Assembly (NCBI GenBank): GCA_035550075.1
Contig: DASZQG010000049.1
Span: 7,490-71,489 of the forward strand
DNA from: Hyphomicrobiaceae bacterium
Lineage (GTDB): Bacteria; Pseudomonadota; Alphaproteobacteria; Rhizobiales; Hyphomicrobiaceae
Direction: 5' to 3'
Length of the DNA: 64,000 bases
Under the pieces are notes generated by a model. That model was not told the DNA's origin. It saw nothing but the letters and a program-made list of their open reading frames with translations, and did not search any database. Positions 18,219-27,824 of the stretch are shown here, in pieces. Numbering within the stretch: the first letter of the stretch is position 1; each line of letters opens with the position of its first letter. Both the position numbers and the translations under genes were made by a program.

Positions 18219-20081
18219 CTAGGCGTGCACCCCGAGCGCGCCCTGCAGAGCCCCCAGGACGGCGACGGCATCGCAGCCCGCATGCAGGAAGCCCTCGACG
18301 CCGGCGGCCTCCAGCGCCTTCTGCTGGGCCTTGGGGAGGCCTGCGACCAGGACCTGGGCAGCGCCGGCCGCCTTCAGGACGCCGGCCGTGGATTCACCAA
18401 GTTCCTCGTAAACCTTGTCGGAGGAGCAGAGGCAGGCAACCGGCGTGCCGGCCTTGGCGAAGGCGGCTCCGACCTCGACCGAGCTGTGCAGGGCCTCGCC
18501 GCCCGTGGCCTCGATCCCGCCGGCGGCCAGGAAGTTCCGCGCCCACAGCGCGCGCGCCGAATGGTCGGCCGGCTCTCCCAGCGTCGCCAGGAATACCCGC
18601 GGACGCTGGCCGGCTTTTGCGGCGTGCGCATCGGCGGCATCACGCAGGCGCTCGAACGGCTCGGCGAGGCGGCGCGCAACCAGTGGCTCGACCTTCGCCC
18701 CGGCGACGACGATCGGTTCGCTCGGAGGATGGGGAGAAACCTTGACGCCGTCATCGGCCAGCAGCGGGAACGCGGACACGCCGGTCATTTCCAGTTGCAG
18801 CGTGTCGATGGCGCGCGATCGGACCCGCGCGACTTCGGCGATCTGCGCCTGTACGAAGCCGGTCTCGAGCGCGCGCGCCAGCCCGCCGCGAGATTCGATC
18901 TCCTGGAACGCCGACCAGGCCTGTGCGGCAAGGTCGGCCGTGAGCTTCTCGACGAACCAGGAACCATAGGCGGGATCGCCGACGCGCCCGAGGGTGCTTT
19001 CCGCTTGCAGGACGTGATGGGTATTGCGCGCAACCCGCCGCGCGAACGCATCCGGCCGGCCGATTGCGTCGGTGAAAGGCAGCACGGTGATGGCGTCGGC
19101 GCCACCGAATGCGGCGCCCGCGCAGGCGGCGGTGGCACGCAGCATGTTCACCCACGGATCGCGGCGCGCCAGCATGCGCCGGGAGGTGGAGGCGGTGATG
19201 TGGATATGTGGCGCGGCCCCGCCGGCACCGCACGCCTCCAGCACGTGCGCGGCAAGCCGGCGCGCGGCGCGCAGCTTGGCCATGGTGAGGAACAGGTCGG
19301 CGTCGGCGGCGAGGGCCAGCGCAATCTTGGGCGCGGCGGCGTCCGGCGCGACCCCTTCCGCCTCGCAGGCGCGGAGATAGGCCACCAGCGTCGCCAGCAG
19401 AGCGGCGAGCTCCTGCGCCTCGCTTGCGCCGGCTTCGTGATAGGGCCGTCCGTCCGCGAGCAGGATGCGGACGCTTGGCATGGACATGCCGTCGCGAACG
19501 AAGCGGGCAGCGATCCGGCACGCGTGCTCGGCAGGGTAGTAGAGGGTGCCGGTGGCGGCCAGCGTGCCGAGCGGATCGAGGTTGAAGGCGCCGCGGCGTG
19601 CGGCCTCGCTGATGCCGGCATCGTGCCAGATCTCGATCAGGCTGCCAGCGGCGTCGAGGGTGTTCTCGCGGGCGTCGAGCGCCACCGCGACAGACTCGAG
19701 CGGCACGCCGGCAAGCGCGGTTGCGAGCGCCTCGGCGCTGTAGCCGAGCCCGAACTGGCCGGGCGCGGTGATTTGCAAGAGAAGGGAGGTGACGCCGCCG
19801 GCGATGTCCTCGCGGATGGCGGCGTTGACCTTTCTGGCGTCCGGCTCGGCGTGGCGTTGGCGGATGTCCCAGCCGCCGGGGGCTGCACGCAAAACAGGGG
19901 CGGTGCCCGCGATCTCATCGGCGCGGGTGTATAGCGGCTGCACGTCGAGCCCGCCCGGCAGATGCGACACCAGCCGGTCCTCGAAGCGGGCGCGCTTGAG
20001 CACCTTGGCGACTAGCTCCAGCCAGGCCTCGCGGGTCGGCGCCTGGAACTCGCTGGCGAGCGGCTCACTCGGATCAGACAT
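18219..20081 (-). CDS. mutA: methylmalonyl-CoA mutase small (beta) subunit
   Basis: 620 aa with mutase-barrel-like N-terminal and central regions. The C-terminal Rossmann-like domain (PRVFLATLGEPADHSARALWARNFLAAGG) lacks the B12-binding DxHxxG motif, as MutA does. Confidence 0.8.
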   Translation of the reverse strand: MSDPSEPLASEFQAPTREAWLELVAKVLKRARFEDRLVSHLPGGLDVQPLYTRADEIAGTAPVLRAAPGGWDIRQRHAEPDARKVNAAIREDIAGGVTSLLLQITAPGQFGLGYSAEALATALAGVPLESVAVALDARENTLDAAGSLIEIWHDAGISEAARRGAFNLDPLGTLAATGTLYYPAEHACRIAARFVRDGMSMPSVRILLADGRPYHEAGASEAQELAALLATLVAYLRACEAEGVAPDAAAPKIALALAADADLFLTMAKLRAARRLAAHVLEACGAGGAAPHIHITASTSRRMLARRDPWVNMLRATAACAGAAFGGADAITVLPFTDAIGRPDAFARRVARNTHHVLQAESTLGRVGDPAYGSWFVEKLTADLAAQAWSAFQEIESRGGLARALETGFVQAQIAEVARVRSRAIDTLQLEMTGVSAFPLLADDGVKVSPHPPSEPIVVAGAKVEPLVARRLAEPFERLRDAADAHAAKAGQRPRVFLATLGEPADHSARALWARNFLAAGGIEATGGEALHSSVEVGAAFAKAGTPVACLCSSDKVYEELGESTAGVLKAAGAAQVLVAGLPKAQQKALEAAGVEGFLHAGCDAVAVLGALQGALGVHA

Positions 20082-20298
20082 CGTTCAACTCGCGTCCAGC
20101 ACCGCGATGCGCCGCGGTCGTCATCCCATTCCTAGACCATCCATGGCTGTTGCCAACGCCGATTTTGGCCGCGCCGCGCGGGTTCCAGCTCCAGGCATGG
20201 ACATGCAACCATCCATTGCCAAGATGCGGTCATCATGCAATCAGGGCGGAACGGCATGATTGGCGAGTCGCGCGCCCCGCGCGGCGGAGGAGCAATTC

Positions 20299-21771
20299 AT
20301 GGTGAGCAGCGCAAACCTGCTGCAGCAAGGCAAGATCTTTCTCGGCCAGAGTATCGAGCCGGAATGCCTGGAGCTCAAACTCGCCAACCGGCACGGGCTG
20401 ATCACCGGCGCCACCGGCACCGGCAAGACGGTGAGCCTGCAGGTGCTGGCGGAGGGATTTTCCGCCGCCGGCGTGCCGGTGTTCGCGGCCGACATCAAGG
20501 GTGACCTGTCCGGCGTCTCGGAGAGCGGCACCCAGAAGGAGGGTCTCGTCAAGCGCGCCAAGGAGATCGGGCTCGAGGACTGGTCCAATACCGCGTTCCC
20601 GGCGATCTTCTGGGACCTGTTCGGCGAGCAGGGCCATCCCATCCGCGCCACCGTGCAGGACATGGGGCCGCTGCTGCTGTCGCGTCTGCTGGAGTTGAAC
20701 GAGACGCAGGAGGGTGTGCTCAACATCATGTTTCGCGTGGCGGCGGACGAGAGCCTGCCGCTGCTCGACCTGAAGGACCTGCGCGCCATGGCCAACGACA
20801 TCGGCCAGCGCGGCAAGGACCTGATGACGAAGTACGGCAATGCGTCTGCCATTTCGGTGGGCGCCATCCAGCGCCGCCTGCTGGTGCTGGAGGAGCAGGG
20901 CGCCAACGGCTTCTTCGGCGAGCCGTCGCTCGACATCCGGGACTTCACGCGAACGGCGCCGGATGGCCGCGGCTTCATCAACATTCTCGCCGCCGACAAG
21001 CTGATGAAGACGCCGCGCCTCTATGCCACGTTCCTGCTGTGGCTGCTGGCACGGCTGTTCGACACGCTGCCCGAGGTGGGTGACCCGGAGAAGCCGAAGC
21101 TGGTGTTCTTCTTCGACGAGGCGCACCTGCTGTTCTCCGAGGCGCCGAAGGCACTGCTGGAACAGGTGGAGCGGGTGACGCGCCTGATCCGCTCGAAGGG
21201 CGTCGGCGTCTACTACGTGACCCAGAACCCGCGCGACGTGCCCAACACCGTCTCCGCCCAGCTCGGCAACCGCGTGCAGCATGCCCTGCGCGCCTTCACG
21301 CCGATAGAGCAGAAGGGCATTCGCGCCGCGGCGGAAACCTTTCGCCCCAACCCGAAGCTCGACCTGGAGCGCGTGATCCAGGAGCTGAAGGTGGGCGAGG
21401 CGCTGGTGTCGATGCTGCATGGCGGCGGCGAGCCGTCGATGGTCCAGCGCACGCTGGTGCGGCCGCCATCGGGCCGAATCGGCCCCGTGACGCCGCAGGA
21501 GCGCAAGGCGCGCGTCGAGTCGAGCCCGGTCTACGGCAAGTACGAGGAGGCGGTGGATCGCGAGTCGGCCTACGAGCTGCTGCAGAAGCGGACGGCGGCC
21601 AGCGCGGCGGAGGCGGATTCGGGTGGCGGCTGGGGCAGCATCCTGATGGGGGGCGGCACCGGGCGGCGGCAAGGTTACGGGGAGACGTTCACGAAGGCGA
21701 TCATGCGGTCGGTTGCGAGCAGCGTCGGCCGGGCTATCGTGGGAGCGATCTTGGGCGGGCGCAGGCGCTAG
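20299..21771 (+). CDS. HerA-like ATPase (DUF853/YjgR family)
   Basis: Walker A GATGTGKT, Walker B LVFFFDEAHLLF, and the basic C-terminal tail GRRQGYGETFTKAIMRSVASSVGRAIVGAILGGRRR. The start at MVSSANLL has a GGAGGAG RBS. Confidence 0.88.
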   Translation: MVSSANLLQQGKIFLGQSIEPECLELKLANRHGLITGATGTGKTVSLQVLAEGFSAAGVPVFAADIKGDLSGVSESGTQKEGLVKRAKEIGLEDWSNTAFPAIFWDLFGEQGHPIRATVQDMGPLLLSRLLELNETQEGVLNIMFRVAADESLPLLDLKDLRAMANDIGQRGKDLMTKYGNASAISVGAIQRRLLVLEEQGANGFFGEPSLDIRDFTRTAPDGRGFINILAADKLMKTPRLYATFLLWLLARLFDTLPEVGDPEKPKLVFFFDEAHLLFSEAPKALLEQVERVTRLIRSKGVGVYYVTQNPRDVPNTVSAQLGNRVQHALRAFTPIEQKGIRAAAETFRPNPKLDLERVIQELKVGEALVSMLHGGGEPSMVQRTLVRPPSGRIGPVTPQERKARVESSPVYGKYEEAVDRESAYELLQKRTAASAAEADSGGGWGSILMGGGTGRRQGYGETFTKAIMRSVASSVGRAIVGAILGGRRR

Positions 21772-21788
21772 TACCGGAAGGTTCGACG

Positions 21789-21992
21789 ATGGCCGAGAAG
21801 CCAGAGGACAAAGGGGCGATGATGCCGCTTGCAGGACAGCCAGGCGGTGCGCCGAACTACGGCCGGCCGCCGAAGCGCGGCGGCTCCCAGCGCCAGGGGA
21901 TCGGCGAGACCGCGGTCAAGGCGCTGATCCGCTCGATCGCCGGGCGGCTGGGCACCATCATCGTGCGCATGATCACCGGGCGGCTGCGGTAG
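21789..21992 (+). CDS. small protein (67 aa) whose C-terminal half mimics the tail of the upstream HerA-like ATPase
   Basis: Starts 18 bp after the HerA-like stop, with a GGAAGG RBS and high GC3. The C-terminus QRQGIGETAVKALIRSIAGRLGTIIVRMITGRLR aligns by eye to the ATPase tail at 17 of 34 identical positions. Confidence 0.6.
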   Translation: MAEKPEDKGAMMPLAGQPGGAPNYGRPPKRGGSQRQGIGETAVKALIRSIAGRLGTIIVRMITGRLR

Positions 21993-22060
21993 GCGCCTGT
22001 CAATTCGGTCTTGCGCCGTACAGACACAGATGCCGGGGAGGGGAGCCCGTCGACGGCGAC

Positions 22061-22762
22061 CTAACCCGCGAGCCCGAGCCGGTCCAGAATGCGGTCGGCC
22101 ATGCGGGTGCAGCGCGCGCCGTCGAACGGGAATGCGTCGGTGAGGGCGGAAGCGAGCTGCTCGTCGAGCGCCTGGCGCAGCAGCCGCCGGCCGCGGTGCA
22201 GGCGGGTTTTCACCGTTGCGGGCGGCACACCGAGGAAGGCGGCGGTTTCCTCGACGCTCAGCTCCTCGATCTCGCGCAGCACGAACACCACGCGGAACGC
22301 CTCGGGCAGATCGTCGATGGCGCGCTCGATCATGCGGCGGATTTCCCGCTGGGCCGCGGCGCTCTCCGGATCGGCGCCGGCCGCTGCCATGTGCGGAAAA
22401 GGAATGACGCGCTGGGCTCCCGCATCCTCGAGGTCCAGCGCGGCCAGCTCGACGGTCGGCCGCTGCTTGCGCAGGCGGCCAAGCGCCTCGTTGAGGGTAA
22501 TGCGCGTGAGCCAGGTGGCGAGGCTGGAGTCGCCGCGGAAGCCGCCGAGGTTCGCGAAGGCGTGCACGTAAGCTTCCTGCACGATGTCCTCCGCCTCGCT
22601 GTCGCTGCGCACGACAGCGCGGGCAACGCGATAGAGGCGGCGGTTGTGGCGCTGCATGATGGCGCGGAATGCGCCGCCGTCGCCCTCGCGCGCGCGCTGC
22701 ACCAGCTCGGCGTCAGGGCGGGAGCTAAGGTCTGTGGTGCGAACTGCCTCTCGGGATGACAT
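22061..22762 (-). CDS. ECF-type RNA polymerase sigma factor with short C-terminal extension
   Basis: Region 2 is DAELVQRAREGDGGAFRAIMQRHNRRLYRVARAVVRSDSEAEDIVQEAYV and region 4 is LPEAFRVVFVLREIEELSVEETAAFLGVPPATVKTRLHRGR. About 35 extra residues follow (ALTDAFPFDGARCTRMADRILDRLGLAG). Confidence 0.9.
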   Translation of the reverse strand: MSSREAVRTTDLSSRPDAELVQRAREGDGGAFRAIMQRHNRRLYRVARAVVRSDSEAEDIVQEAYVHAFANLGGFRGDSSLATWLTRITLNEALGRLRKQRPTVELAALDLEDAGAQRVIPFPHMAAAGADPESAAAQREIRRMIERAIDDLPEAFRVVFVLREIEELSVEETAAFLGVPPATVKTRLHRGRRLLRQALDEQLASALTDAFPFDGARCTRMADRILDRLGLAG

Positions 22763-22798
22763 GGGCGAAACCCTTTCACGGTTCGAGGCTGGGGGCAA

Positions 22799-23479
22799 TC
22801 ACGTGTCACAAAAGGCTGCCGATAGGCCCGGCGCGGCCCCGGCTGAGTTGATGGCAGCAAGGAATTTCTGCTGGGTCGCCGGCTCGTCGCGGAACGCGCC
22901 CAGCAAACGGGTCGTCACCATGGTGGAAGCGTGCTGCCGCACGCCGCGGGTCGACATGCAGCCGTGCCGGCCTTCCACGATGACGCCCACGCCGCGCGGG
23001 GTCAGCGCGCGCTGGAGCGCGTCGGCGATTTCGGCGGTCATCTTCTCCTGGACCTGCAGCCGCCGCGAGAAGGCTTCGACCAGGCGCGCCAGCTTGGAAA
23101 TGCCAACCACTCTGCCGCGCGGGAGGTAGCCGATGTGGACGCGGCCCGCGATCGGCGCCATGTGGTGCTCGCAGTGGGAAACGAAACAGATGTCGCGCAG
23201 GACGACAATGTCGTCGTAGCCCGCCACCTCTTCGAAGGTGCGCGCGAGCGCTGCGGCGGGATCCTGGCCGTAGCCCGCGAACCAATCCTCATAGGCGCGC
23301 ACCACGCGCGCAGGCGTGTCGCGCAGGCCTTCGCGGGTGGGGTCGTCGCCGGCCCAGCGAATGAGCGTGTTCACCGCGCGCTCCGCTTCCGCTCGCGAGG
23401 GCCGTGAATCATGTGCATTGAGCCGGGAGATTGCGGGGGTGGGCGCGATCCGATCCTTGACCTGGAGGTGCGTCGTCAT
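22799..23479 (-). CDS. folE: GTP cyclohydrolase I
   Basis: [21 protein letters not shown]...[20 protein letters not shown]...[25 protein letters not shown] is a classic FolE core. Start chosen at MTTHLQV. Confidence 0.9.
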   Translation of the reverse strand: MTTHLQVKDRIAPTPAISRLNAHDSRPSRAEAERAVNTLIRWAGDDPTREGLRDTPARVVRAYEDWFAGYGQDPAAALARTFEEVAGYDDIVVLRDICFVSHCEHHMAPIAGRVHIGYLPRGRVVGISKLARLVEAFSRRLQVQEKMTAEIADALQRALTPRGVGVIVEGRHGCMSTRGVRQHASTMVTTRLLGAFRDEPATQQKFLAAINSAGAAPGLSAAFCDT

Positions 23480-23674
23480 ACTGTTGAATCTTTCTTTTTT
23501 CAGGCATTTCGCGAGGCATAGGCGTTGCGGCCAGCCCTTGGATACCCGGCGCGCAAAAAGGTTCCCGGGCGAGCACGGGGATTTGCGCAAGGTGCAGGAA
23601 CGTTTTACGGATTCTGACGTCTGATGGCTGGGTCGGTGCGGCCTGAACTTGCGACGTGCAAGGGGAGAACAGCC

Positions 23675-25213
23675 ATGGGTTCAGATCAAGCGAATGCCAC
23701 GGGGCCCGACCTGACGGCGGGCGTTGCCCTCGAGGTGATCCCTGACGGCGGCATGCTGGCGGGACATGTCGGCGAGGAGGCGGTGCTGCTCGCGCGGCGG
23801 GGTGATGAAATCTTCGCCGTGGGCGCCACCTGCACCCATTACGGCGGTCCGCTGGCCGAGGGGCTGTTGGAGAGCGACACGGTGCGCTGCCCCTGGCACC
23901 ACGCCTGCTTCAGCCTGCGCACCGGCGAAGCGCTGCATGCCCCGGCCTTCGCACCGCTGCCGTGCTGGCGCGTCGAGCAGCGGGACGGAAAGATTATCGT
24001 GCGGGAGAAAGCGCCGCAGAAGAGGCGGGCGCCGGTGCCGGCCGCAGGCGGGCCGGAGCGGATTGTGATCGTCGGCGGTGGGGCGGCGGGCTTCGCGGCG
24101 GCCGACACGCTGCGCAAGGAAGGTTACCAGGGCAGCCTGGTGATGCTGAGCGAGGATGCCGCCGCGCCGGTGGACCGCCCGAACCTGTCCAAGGACTATC
24201 TCGCAGGCACCGCGCCGGAAGACTGGGTGCCGCTGCGCCCTGCCAGCTACTACACGGAGAACGGCATCGACCTGCGGCTTGGCGCGAACGTTGCGGCGAT
24301 CAACCCGCGCGCCCGCGAGGTGACGCTCGGCAGCGGCGCGACGCTCGAGTACGACCGCCTGCTGCTGGCGACCGGGGCCGAGCCGGTGAAGCTTTTGATC
24401 CCCGGGGCCGACCAGCCGAACGTGCGCACCCTGCGCAGCCTCGCCGACTGCCGGGCCATCATCGAGCTGGCCAAGACCGCGCGCAGCGCGATCGTGCTGG
24501 GCGCGAGCTTCATCGGGCTGGAGGTGGCCGCATCGCTGCGCGCGCGCGGCATCGTGGTGCATGTGGTGGCACCGGAGAAGGTGCCGATGGAGCGCGCGCT
24601 GGGCCCGCAGATCGGCACCTTCGTGCGCAGGCTGCACGAGGAGCACGGCGTGATCTTTCACCTGGAGGAGCGCGGCGTCGGCATCAGCGGGATGCGCATG
24701 CGCTTGCGCAGCGGTGCCAGCCTCGAGGCTGATCTGATCGTCGCCGGCATCGGCGTACGCCCGCGGCTGGCGCTGGCGGAGGCGGCGGGGCTGGGCATGG
24801 ATCGGGGAATCGCAGTCAATCCGTACCTGGAGACGACGGCATCGGGCGTGTTCGCCGCGGGCGACGTGGCGCGCTGGCCCGATCCGCACACGGGCGAGAA
24901 CATCCGCGTCGAGCATTGGGTGGTGGCGCAACGGCAGGGCCAGACCGCCGCGCGCAACATGCTGGGGCGGCGCGAGAAGTTTGCCGCCGTGCCGTTCTTC
25001 TGGAGCCAGCACTACGATGTGCCGATCAATTACGTCGGCCATGTCGAGGCCGGCGCGGAGATCGAGGTCGAGGGCGACGTGGCGGCCAAGGACTGCGTGG
25101 TGCGCTACCGGCGCAATGGGCGCGTGCTGGCGGTGGCTTCGATCTTCCGCGACCAGGAAAGCCTGCAGGCCGAGCTGGCGATGGAGCGGGAGGCAGCGTC
25201 CGCAGCGGCTTAA
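23675..25213 (+). CDS. Rieske [2Fe-2S] domain fused to FAD/NAD(P)-dependent pyridine nucleotide-disulfide oxidoreductase
   Basis: Rieske motifs CTHYGGPL and CPWHHACF are followed by the dinucleotide fold [14 protein letters not shown] and a ferredoxin-reductase-like body. An AGGGGAGA RBS precedes the ATG at 23675. Confidence 0.88.
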   Translation: MGSDQANATGPDLTAGVALEVIPDGGMLAGHVGEEAVLLARRGDEIFAVGATCTHYGGPLAEGLLESDTVRCPWHHACFSLRTGEALHAPAFAPLPCWRVEQRDGKIIVREKAPQKRRAPVPAAGGPERIVIVGGGAAGFAAADTLRKEGYQGSLVMLSEDAAAPVDRPNLSKDYLAGTAPEDWVPLRPASYYTENGIDLRLGANVAAINPRAREVTLGSGATLEYDRLLLATGAEPVKLLIPGADQPNVRTLRSLADCRAIIELAKTARSAIVLGASFIGLEVAASLRARGIVVHVVAPEKVPMERALGPQIGTFVRRLHEEHGVIFHLEERGVGISGMRMRLRSGASLEADLIVAGIGVRPRLALAEAAGLGMDRGIAVNPYLETTASGVFAAGDVARWPDPHTGENIRVEHWVVAQRQGQTAARNMLGRREKFAAVPFFWSQHYDVPINYVGHVEAGAEIEVEGDVAAKDCVVRYRRNGRVLAVASIFRDQESLQAELAMEREAASAAA

Positions 25214-25233
25214 CCGGGGCAGGGACTGCGAGG

Positions 25234-27057
25234 CTACGGCGCCCCGGCGACGGCGTCGGCCAGCAGAGGATGGCCGTTGGCCTTGAGCTGCGCCATCTCC
25301 TGGAGGGTCCACCGGTAGGTCGTCTCCACCAGCTCGACGTGACGGTGCCAGTCGAGGACGCCCATGCCCGCCGGCAGCGGCGGCACCAGCAGAACGTCCT
25401 CAGGCCGCAGGTGGCGCTCGAAATCCTGGCGGTTGGCCATCAGCGAGCGCATCAGTACGGTGCCAACGCCCGGCGCCTTTGGCAGCGTGCGCCGCGTGAA
25501 CGGGTCGATCACGCTGCGCAGCAGATGGCTGCGCGAGGGCAACGCGCGGTAGTCCACGTCGAACCGTTCCAGCGTCGGCGCCTGGAAGCTGATCACCACA
25601 TTCGGCCCGCTTTTCAGCTCATGCATGATGCGCACCGGCACGTTGTCCATGATGGCGCCGTCCACCAGCATGTGGCCGTCCTGCGTGTAGTAGGGCGGCA
25701 GCAGCACCGGCACCGAGCCGGTGGCACGCACGGCTGCCCACAGGTCGCCGCGGCGGTGGCGGTGCAGGCCATAGGTGGAGAGATCGGTGGAGACGGCGAA
25801 ATAGGGGATCCACAAATCCTCGATGTCGATGCCGCCGTAATGGCGGGCGAGCTGGCGGTCGAAGTGGGTGTGATCGAGGAGGCTGTAGCGCGGCCAGGTG
25901 TAGCGGCGCATCGCACGGTTGGTGACGAAAATGTCATGGGTGGCCTGCTGAACGTCGTCGGGATGGCTGCCCATGGCGAAGGCCGCCGTCATGGCGCCGC
26001 CGCCGGATGTACCGCCCACGATGTCGAAGGTGAGGCCGACGTGCTGGAGGGCCTTGTAGATGCCGATGTGGGCCGTGCAGTAGGCGCCGCCGCCACAGGC
26101 GATCAGGCCGAGCGCGGTGCCGCCGATGAAGCGGGTGAGCCGCTGCAGATCGCTCGTGTCGCCGAGGGCGACATGATGGTGCATCGACACGCTGCGCCCC
26201 TCGAGCCAGCGCGCGGTTCCGGAGATGACGCCGCGGGTCTCGTGCAGCAGGACCAGGCGCTGTGCCTCGCCCGGCAGCAGCTCGGCAGAGCGGCGCTCCA
26301 GTGGATTGGGCGCGGGATCGGCAGCATGCAGGCCGGCGGCGAGCACGAGGTCGGCCTGCCGGATCGCTTTCTCCGACCAGGGAGTGAGCTCGGGATCGGC
26401 GACGAACAGCACGTAGTCGTAGCGGCTTTCGAGCGCATTGAAGACGTGCGTGGCCTCGGCGCTTTCGAGCGGCGTGTTGGGCGGAAGCACGCTGCGCGCC
26501 TCGTCCGAGGTGAGCAGCAGTACGCTGTTCGATGCCCGAAACACGGCGTCCTGCTTGCGCACGAACGCCTCGGGCAGAGCCGAGGCGCCGGCGCGGATCA
26601 GGGCGATGGTGCGCGGGCGCGGATCGGGCGGCGGCGGACGGGCGACGTTGCCTTCCGCCACACGCCGGGCCAGCGTGACGGTGAGCGTGCGCCAGATGCC
26701 GGGGCTGGTGGCGGAAAGCTGCTCGAACTCGCCGCGTCCGAGGCAAAGCACTGCGCTGTCGCGCAGGGCGGTGACGGTGGCGGTACGCACGCCGCCCGCC
26801 AGGAATGCGATCTCGCCGATCGGCTGGCCCGGCCCGACCTCCGCAATCGGATCGCGGCGCCCGCCGATGGTGACGGTGAAGCGGCCGGTCAGCACGATGA
26901 ACAGCGCGTCCGCCACGTCGCCCTGGCGCACCAGCACCTCGCCGCGCTTGAGCGTGCGGGTGTGCAGGCCGGAGGCCAGCCGCGCGCGCTCAGCAGAGTC
27001 GAGGCCCTGGAAGATTTCAACGGCGTCGAGGCCGCTCTCGGGGGGTGTTGGTTGCAT
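25234..27057 (-). CDS. cyclic-nucleotide-binding domain / patatin-like phospholipase fusion
   Basis: The N-terminal cNMP-binding fold is FQGLDSAERARLA...GEIAFLAGGVRTATVTA. The patatin motifs are CGGGAYC (oxyanion), GGTSGG (GxSxG) and VDGAIMDN (DGA). Confidence 0.88.
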   Translation of the reverse strand: MQPTPPESGLDAVEIFQGLDSAERARLASGLHTRTLKRGEVLVRQGDVADALFIVLTGRFTVTIGGRRDPIAEVGPGQPIGEIAFLAGGVRTATVTALRDSAVLCLGRGEFEQLSATSPGIWRTLTVTLARRVAEGNVARPPPPDPRPRTIALIRAGASALPEAFVRKQDAVFRASNSVLLLTSDEARSVLPPNTPLESAEATHVFNALESRYDYVLFVADPELTPWSEKAIRQADLVLAAGLHAADPAPNPLERRSAELLPGEAQRLVLLHETRGVISGTARWLEGRSVSMHHHVALGDTSDLQRLTRFIGGTALGLIACGGGAYCTAHIGIYKALQHVGLTFDIVGGTSGGGAMTAAFAMGSHPDDVQQATHDIFVTNRAMRRYTWPRYSLLDHTHFDRQLARHYGGIDIEDLWIPYFAVSTDLSTYGLHRHRRGDLWAAVRATGSVPVLLPPYYTQDGHMLVDGAIMDNVPVRIMHELKSGPNVVISFQAPTLERFDVDYRALPSRSHLLRSVIDPFTRRTLPKAPGVGTVLMRSLMANRQDFERHLRPEDVLLVPPLPAGMGVLDWHRHVELVETTYRWTLQEMAQLKANGHPLLADAVAGAP

Positions 27058-27139
27058 GCCGTTCCGGCGTCCAGGACGCACAACCGGGCGAGCCTAGCGC
27101 AGCTTTCCGCCGGGGAGAATGTGCGATCAGAAGATGAGA

Positions 27140-27820
27140 CTAGGCGGAAATGGTTCCCGCCGCCGTGGTCGCATGACGGCCGAGGCAGGCGGCAACGATC
27201 TCCGTACCGCCCGAAACCGCCTGCTCCCAGGTGAGCCGGCTGCTCCGGGCGAGGCCGGGCGTGGCGCCGCGTGCCAGCGCGAGGCTGGTCGGCACATGCA
27301 CGAAGCCGGTGCGCCGGCCCGGCGCGCAGCGGGCGAGCGCCAGCGAATGAAAGAGCGCGGCATTGCAGAGGTAGGACCCGGCATCGCGGGACACGAACGC
27401 GGGGATGCCGCACCGGCGCAGGCGGCCGACGACATGCTGCACGGGGATGGTGCTGCGCAGTTCTTCGGGCGCCCCTTCCAGCACCATGCTGTCCGCCGGT
27501 GCGGCGCCGGCGATGTCGGGCGTGCCGCCGCGCAGGTTGCGCGCGCGCTGCTCGACCTCAAAGCCGCGTGCGCGGCTCGAGACGCCGAAATGCAGCGCAA
27601 GGTTGGGCCTGAGCGATGCGAGCAGCTCCTCAAGACGCAGCGGCCCGGCGTACCAGTCGGTAGGCAGGACGTCGGTGGCGATCTGCACATCGGGGAACGC
27701 GCGAGCGGCGCGCTCGGCGATCTGCGGCACCAGCGCCATGGTCGCGTTCAGCGGTACGCCGGGAAAAGGGCCGAAGCCCGTCAGCAGGATGACAGCGCGG
27801 TGCGAGGCTGGAGCTGGCAT
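27140..27820 (-). CDS. pcp: pyroglutamyl-peptidase I (peptidase C15)
   Basis: ILLTGFGPFPGVPLNAT, SRDAGSYLCNAALFHS (catalytic Cys) and GFVHVP (His). I chose the internal start MPAPASH, 4 bp after the meaB stop. Confidence 0.8.
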   Translation of the reverse strand: MPAPASHRAVILLTGFGPFPGVPLNATMALVPQIAERAARAFPDVQIATDVLPTDWYAGPLRLEELLASLRPNLALHFGVSSRARGFEVEQRARNLRGGTPDIAGAAPADSMVLEGAPEELRSTIPVQHVVGRLRRCGIPAFVSRDAGSYLCNAALFHSLALARCAPGRRTGFVHVPTSLALARGATPGLARSSRLTWEQAVSGGTEIVAACLGRHATTAAGTISA

Positions 27821-27824
27821 GGCC

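Noticed and set aside
18150-19934. 594-aa plus-strand ORF; similar antisense ORFs lie at 20233..21672, 23681..25312, 27405..28832, 31740..33167 and 53927..56164
   Set aside because: Each one lies opposite a gene with clear family motifs (mutA, the HerA-like ATPase, the Rieske-FAD gene, meaB, cysteine synthase, the FAD/Fe-S oxidase). All have shadow-ORF composition.
20299-21771. The HerA-like ATPase as part of a defence system (for example a HerA-Sir2 or HerA-DUF4297 type)
   Set aside because: There is no nuclease, Sir2 or other effector partner. The sequence looks like the widespread YjgR/DUF853 type. Only the tail-mimic mini-ORF is unusual.
25234-27057. The patatin lipase as a CBASS or other anti-phage effector
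   Set aside because: No cyclase/nucleotidyltransferase, E1/E2/JAB or other defence gene lies in the neighbourhood. The flanking genes are housekeeping genes.
24916-27234. 772-aa plus-strand ORF
   Set aside because: It is antisense to the cNMP-patatin gene, whose motifs are unambiguous. The translation is Arg/Gly/Ala-rich with no recognisable domain.
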